NCBI GenBank assembly: GCA_040222015.1
Contig: JAVJWO010000156.1
Location: 1-20,904 of the forward strand
Origin: Coleofasciculus chthonoplastes F2-STO-03
GTDB taxonomy: Bacteria > Cyanobacteriota > Cyanobacteriia > Cyanobacteriales > Coleofasciculaceae
Direction: 5' to 3'
DNA: 20,904 nt
Part shown: positions 17,855 through 20,904 of the stretch, in pieces
Numbering within the stretch: position 1 is the stretch's first letter
How the letters are laid out: every line of letters begins with the position of its first letter
Made by a program: the position numbers and the translations under genes
Notes under the pieces: model-generated
What the model saw: the letters and a program-made list of their open reading frames with translations, nothing else
Told to the model about the DNA's origin: nothing
Database searches by the model: none

Positions 17855-18201
17855 CAATAAGCACTGATATCTTCCCCACATTGATCAGCCAAGTAGCACA
17901 GGGCGCGAAAGCGGAGGCTAACGAATTCGTCATAGAAAGGATTGAGTTTGCACAAGGGAGGAATGTGGGCAACCCGACGCCCAAAGAGGCAGATATCGCG
18001 TTCAAAGGGGCATTGGGCGGGAATCATTTTGCAGAAGAATCTAGCTTTGGTGGGGTTGTGAATTTCGATGTTCTCTAACCATTGCTTGATGGTTTGCAGT
18101 GGCTTGATGGGTTGTTGGGGCGAGGTGGGAGGGGTGATGGGGTTTGTCTTGACTTCAACAGGAGTGGAATTGATCAGTCCGTTTTGGTAGGTGGTATACA
18201 T
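17851..18201 (-). CDS. Mo-dependent nitrogenase C-terminal domain-containing protein (cyanobacterial, function unknown)
   Basis: Signature C..IPAQCPFERDI.LFGR...HIPPLCKLNP.Y...V.LRFRAL.YLAD.CGEDI..YC, with a GGAG SD-like sequence upstream on the minus strand. Confidence 0.9.
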   Translation of the reverse strand: MYTTYQNGLINSTPVEVKTNPITPPTSPQQPIKPLQTIKQWLENIEIHNPTKARFFCKMIPAQCPFERDICLFGRRVAHIPPLCKLNPFYDEFVSLRFRALCYLADQCGEDISAYC

Positions 18202-18347
18202 GGTTTGATTTGCTCCGTGTGTGTGGTTTGTTTGTCTCTATTCATAATTTAACCCAATTTAGCGACGGCGCAAATATAAAAAACTATTATCATTGATTAG
18301 CTCTGCTTGTAGGCATCGTCCTGTTGGGGGCAGATTGACGGCGGGGG

Positions 18348-18367
18348 AAGCATTAAGCATTAAGCAT
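18348..18367. repeat. Tandem heptamer AAGCATT x3
   Basis: aagcatt aagcatt aagcat read directly from the sequence. Confidence 0.75.
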
Positions 18368-18370
18368 CAT

Positions 18371-18406
18371 TTGTTCTCCTTTGTTGCATGCAACGAAGGA
18401 GAACAA
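18371..18406. repeat. 36-bp near-perfect palindrome
   Basis: TTGTTCTCCTTTGTTGCA|TGCAACGAAGGAGAACAA, with one mismatched pair that would be G-U in RNA. Confidence 0.85.
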
Positions 18407-18462
18407 CAGTTCGGAAAGTCCTAATCGATGTGTCTACTGCTATAAAAGTTGGGCGAGTCGCC

Positions 18463-18494
18463 AACTTTAAGTGTTTATAACTTTAAGTGTTTAT
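18463..18494. repeat. Exact tandem duplication of a 16-mer (AACTTTAAGTGTTTAT x2)
   Basis: Read directly from the sequence; it overlaps the right arm of the 18445-18468 hairpin. Confidence 0.85.
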
Positions 18495-18759
18495 ATTTCC
18501 GTGGGATATAGTACTGATCGCAACACTCTATAATAGTAGTTATTAAGCTAGGGTGCGAGATGATGATGTTAACGTTAACAGTACCTGTTGCTTGTCAGCG
18601 TTAGAATAACTGAGAACTGAAGCTAAAAGATGATTCAGATTACCGGACTAGATGCGAGATGTTCTTGGTCAAATCTGGCGCTGTTGGCGTGGTAAAGGAT
18701 TAAGTTTTGATCCTTCGCTTCGCTCAAGAACAGGGTTTTGATAATAAGGATAATTCGCA

Positions 18760-19383
18760 ATGAGACAACTCTACAGCAAATCTTGGTTCATTGGCGCGAT
18801 CGCGACTGGATTAATGAGTACCTTGGCAGCGTCTGTGCAAGCTCAGGATATCTTTGATAATCGGACACTGCAATTCCCAGAGGATACGATTGTGGAATTT
18901 GAATTCCTGCAATCTCATGGATCATACCAAGCCGCGCTTGGTGTACGGAATGAAACAACCGGGGAAGAAACGATTCTGTTTCAGGAAGTCAAACCCTATG
19001 ATGCTTTTGGCACAAACCAGACGATACAAACCTCTCGTGGTCAAAATGATTTTGGTACACAATCCGATTTTGTCGGTACAGTTGCGGGAGGAACAGTATC
19101 GAATCAATTCAGCGAGTTTCTGTTTGAAGCGAATAACCGCTATGTTTTCTTTCTTGAATCTGCAAGTCCTACGGGTCAAACCCGACGCCGTATTCTTTCG
19201 ACCCAAAACTTGGCTCAGTTTAATGGTAGCTTAAACGGCGGGAGCAGAGGAAATGTGAAAGGAACTCGCGTATCTTGGGAAGATGGAGGACAGGTAGAAG
19301 TTGGTAATGATGATGACTTCGATGATTTTGTAATTGAAGCTGGGGGATATTTAATTGATATGAATTGTCCACCGATTCAGTAA
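18760..19383 (+). CDS. Secreted hypothetical protein with a C-terminal DUF4114-like acidic motif
   Basis: Sec signal peptide ending ASVQA|QD, a beta-rich body, and WEDGG...DDDFDDFVI near the C-terminus. An AAGGA SD-like sequence lies upstream. Confidence 0.7.
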   Translation: MRQLYSKSWFIGAIATGLMSTLAASVQAQDIFDNRTLQFPEDTIVEFEFLQSHGSYQAALGVRNETTGEETILFQEVKPYDAFGTNQTIQTSRGQNDFGTQSDFVGTVAGGTVSNQFSEFLFEANNRYVFFLESASPTGQTRRRILSTQNLAQFNGSLNGGSRGNVKGTRVSWEDGGQVEVGNDDDFDDFVIEAGGYLIDMNCPPIQ

Positions 19384-19405
19384 AGGGTAAGTAGCTTTAA
19401 CCAAA

Positions 19406-19484
19406 AAGCGGTTCGGCATTTAAACCCTAATGCCAATAATGGCGAAATCCTTGTAGTGCGAGCATCTTGCTCGCTACTAATACC
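19406..19484. mobile_element. Second, right-truncated copy of the MITE-like element
   Basis: GTTCGGCATTTAAACC.TAATG..AA.AATGG.GAAATCCTTGTA.TGCGAGCATCTTGCTCGCTACTAATACC is shared with 15549-15622. The right TIR is absent and tandem repeats follow instead. Confidence 0.8.
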
Positions 19485-19491
19485 TAAGCTT

Positions 19492-19606
19492 CCCCATCAC
19501 CCCTATCTGCCCTATCTGCCCCATCACCCCGATCTGCCCGATCTGCCCGATCTGCCTCATCTGCCCCATCACTCACCCCGATCTCCCTCATCTGCCCCAG
19601 CTTCCC
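19492..19606. repeat. C-rich 9-mer tandem repeat array (CCCNATCTG / CCCCATCAC), about 12 units
   Basis: ccccatcac ccctatctg ccctatctg ccccatcac cccgatctg cccgatctg cccgatctg cctcatctg ccccatcac and further degenerate units. Confidence 0.9.
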
Positions 19607-19679
19607 AAATTCAGCCAGATTGCGGAACTTGAGTGACCTGAAATCAGCCTTATGACGATATTTTGTCGCTCAGAGTAAA

Positions 19680-19688
19680 TGTTATAAT
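19680..19688 (+). promoter_or_regulatory. Extended -10 promoter element for the response regulator gene
   Basis: Perfect TGnTATAAT (TGTTATAAT) ending 38 nt upstream of ATG 19727. Confidence 0.55.
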
Positions 19689-19726
19689 ACCTAAAAGCTA
19701 GAGAGCTATAGTAGGTATAGGTTGTT

Positions 19727-20110
19727 ATGAGTACAGTGTTAGTCGTAGAAGACGATCTCACCCAACAACATTTGCTCTCTAAGCTGCTTGAGCGGGTAGG
19801 GCTGACAGTGATTGCGGCTGGGGATGGGGTGGAAGCGTTGGAGAAAATTCAGCAGTTTCACCCAAATTTGGTGATTTTGGATATTGTCCTTCCCCGGATG
19901 AATGGCTATGAAGTCTGTCGTCGTCTGAAATCGGAACCTGACACTCAGAATATCCCAGTGTTAATGTGTTCGGCGAAAAAAGAGGATTTTGACCGCTACT
20001 GGGGAATGAAGCAAGGGGCGGATGCTTACTTAGCCAAGCCTTGTCATCCCCAAGAAATTGTCGAGACTGTAAAGAAATTATTAAAGTCCCATCATCAAGC
20101 GGCAAGCTGA
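19727..20110 (+). CDS. Single-domain response regulator (CheY/PilH-like)
   Basis: VLVVEDD, phospho-acceptor in ILDIVLPRMNGYEVCR.LK, MCS.K.EDFDRYWGMKQGADAY..KP, typical of cyanobacterial PilH/PixH-like receivers. There is no output domain. Confidence 0.92.
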   Translation: MSTVLVVEDDLTQQHLLSKLLERVGLTVIAAGDGVEALEKIQQFHPNLVILDIVLPRMNGYEVCRRLKSEPDTQNIPVLMCSAKKEDFDRYWGMKQGADAYLAKPCHPQEIVETVKKLLKSHHQAAS

Positions 20111-20505
20111 TTGACCGTGAGATGAATCGCCAGTGTACTATTGACTGACAACTCACTTAATATAAGGCATAATCAATGAATAAGGTTAATTTTCATTGGC
20201 AAAGCTGTAAAAGCGGGTAAATATAGGGAACTAAACCTTATCTATAATTTTTTCTTGCTTACTGCAAGAAGTGGGCTCTTGCATATCCCCACTATAAAAA
20301 GCTGGAGGTATGGCTCCAAGAACTGTACCGAAGGAAGCCTACACTGTACCCGTAGGGTCGGTGTAGGAGGATGTCACTGAACGTATTCGTTCCCTACCAG
20401 ACTATTGGGAGGAGAAAAGCGCTACAGAAATTGAGACGCTTATCTGGAAGGATGAGGACGAAATCTGTCAAAATAAATTAAGTAGACGTTCCCATCAATG
20501 CCGTT

Positions 20506-20904
20506 ATGCCCCCAACCCACATCCGATTTGATTGGGCGATTAAAAAATTACTGAGAAACAAAGCCAATTATGGTGTTTTGGCAGGTTTCTTAAGCGAGTT
20601 GTTGAGGAAACCGATTACGATTCAATCCATACTCGAAGGTGAAAGCAATCAACAAGCCGAGGATGACAAGCTAAATCGAGTCGATATTCTCGCCGAAAAT
20701 GACCAGGGAGAATTAATTCTGATTGAAGTACAAAACAGTACAGAGCAAGATTATTTTCATCGGATGCTCTACGGCACAGCGAGATTAATTACCGACTTTC
20801 TGGAAAAAGGAGAACCTTACGGGAACGTCAAGAAAGTCTATTCAGTGAATATCGTCTACTTTTCTTTGGGACAGGGAGATGATTATATTTACCAAGGAAA
20901 ATTC
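20506..20904 (+). CDS. Rpn family recombination-promoting nuclease / PD-(D/E)xK putative transposase (5' part; runs off the window)
   Basis: Not in the ORF track; I translated it by hand: MPPTHIRFDWAIKKLLRNKANYGVLAGFLSELL...ESNQ...DDKLNRVDILAENDQGELILIEVQN...YFHRMLYG...KVYSVNIVYF. The D.A.KK, R.D and IEVQ motifs fit the family, and the frame is open to the window end. Confidence 0.88.
   Translation, partial: MPPTHIRFDWAIKKLLRNKANYGVLAGFLSELLRKPITIQSILEGESNQQAEDDKLNRVDILAENDQGELILIEVQNSTEQDYFHRMLYGTARLITDFLEKGEPYGNVKKVYSVNIVYFSLGQGDDYIYQGKF

Larger units (their letters stand above)
2186..18803. repeat. Dispersed HIP1 octamers (GCGATCGC)
   Basis: Perfect copies seen at 2186, 3028, 3053, 3518, 3893, 3933, 5567, 9749, 11984, 15356, 15659 and 18796 (manual count, may be incomplete). 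Confidence 0.9.

Noticed and set aside
17851..18201. Evidence of a nitrogen-fixation locus
   Set aside because: The domain name is historical, and no nif genes or nitrogenase motifs occur in the window.
18511..18524. GTA-N8-AAC as an NtcA site
   Set aside because: The right half-site is non-canonical, and it lies only 4 nt from the TATAAT rather than the ~22 nt typical of NtcA-activated promoters.
20197..20250. GGCAAA...GTAA...CTAA resemblance to a c-di-GMP-I riboswitch
   Set aside because: The P2-equivalent stem is only about 3 bp and the GACGCAAAG core is absent. An Infernal search with the c-di-GMP-I model would settle it.

Overview
Cyanobacterial chromosomal DNA, judged from at least 12 perfect HIP1 GCGATCGC octamers, STRR-type heptamer repeats and GTAG-headed REP-like palindromes; a filamentous, repeat-rich genome is likely (inference). 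Almost all genes are on the + strand. The window opens with the AT-rich tail of a polysaccharide cluster: a 5'-truncated sulfotransferase, an intact sulfotransferase, a Wzx/MOP flippase and a GT2. Next come a Uma2 endonuclease, a DUF4258/DUF2283 TA-like pair, a large polytopic membrane protein and a DUF3754/TMEM143-like protein. A 7TM sensor kinase-REC-adenylate cyclase gene follows, split by what looks like a microhomology (TGGCAA) deletion of the HATPase core. Then a single-chain restriction-modification enzyme with an AT-rich central segment, a prolyl oligopeptidase, a Mo-nitrogenase C-terminal-domain protein (minus strand), a secreted protein, a single-domain response regulator and the start of an Rpn-family nuclease. 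Intergenic DNA is dense in small repeats: REP doublets with length-conserved spacers, two TIR-bounded MITE-like elements, tandem 7-, 9- and 16-mers and long palindromes. I see no CRISPR array, rRNA or tRNA, and no clear-cut new multi-gene system. The best leads are the deleted kinase-cyclase, the mosaic RM gene inside a HIP1-centred 14-bp direct repeat, and the REP/MITE architecture. Family names come from motif recognition by eye, not from database searches.
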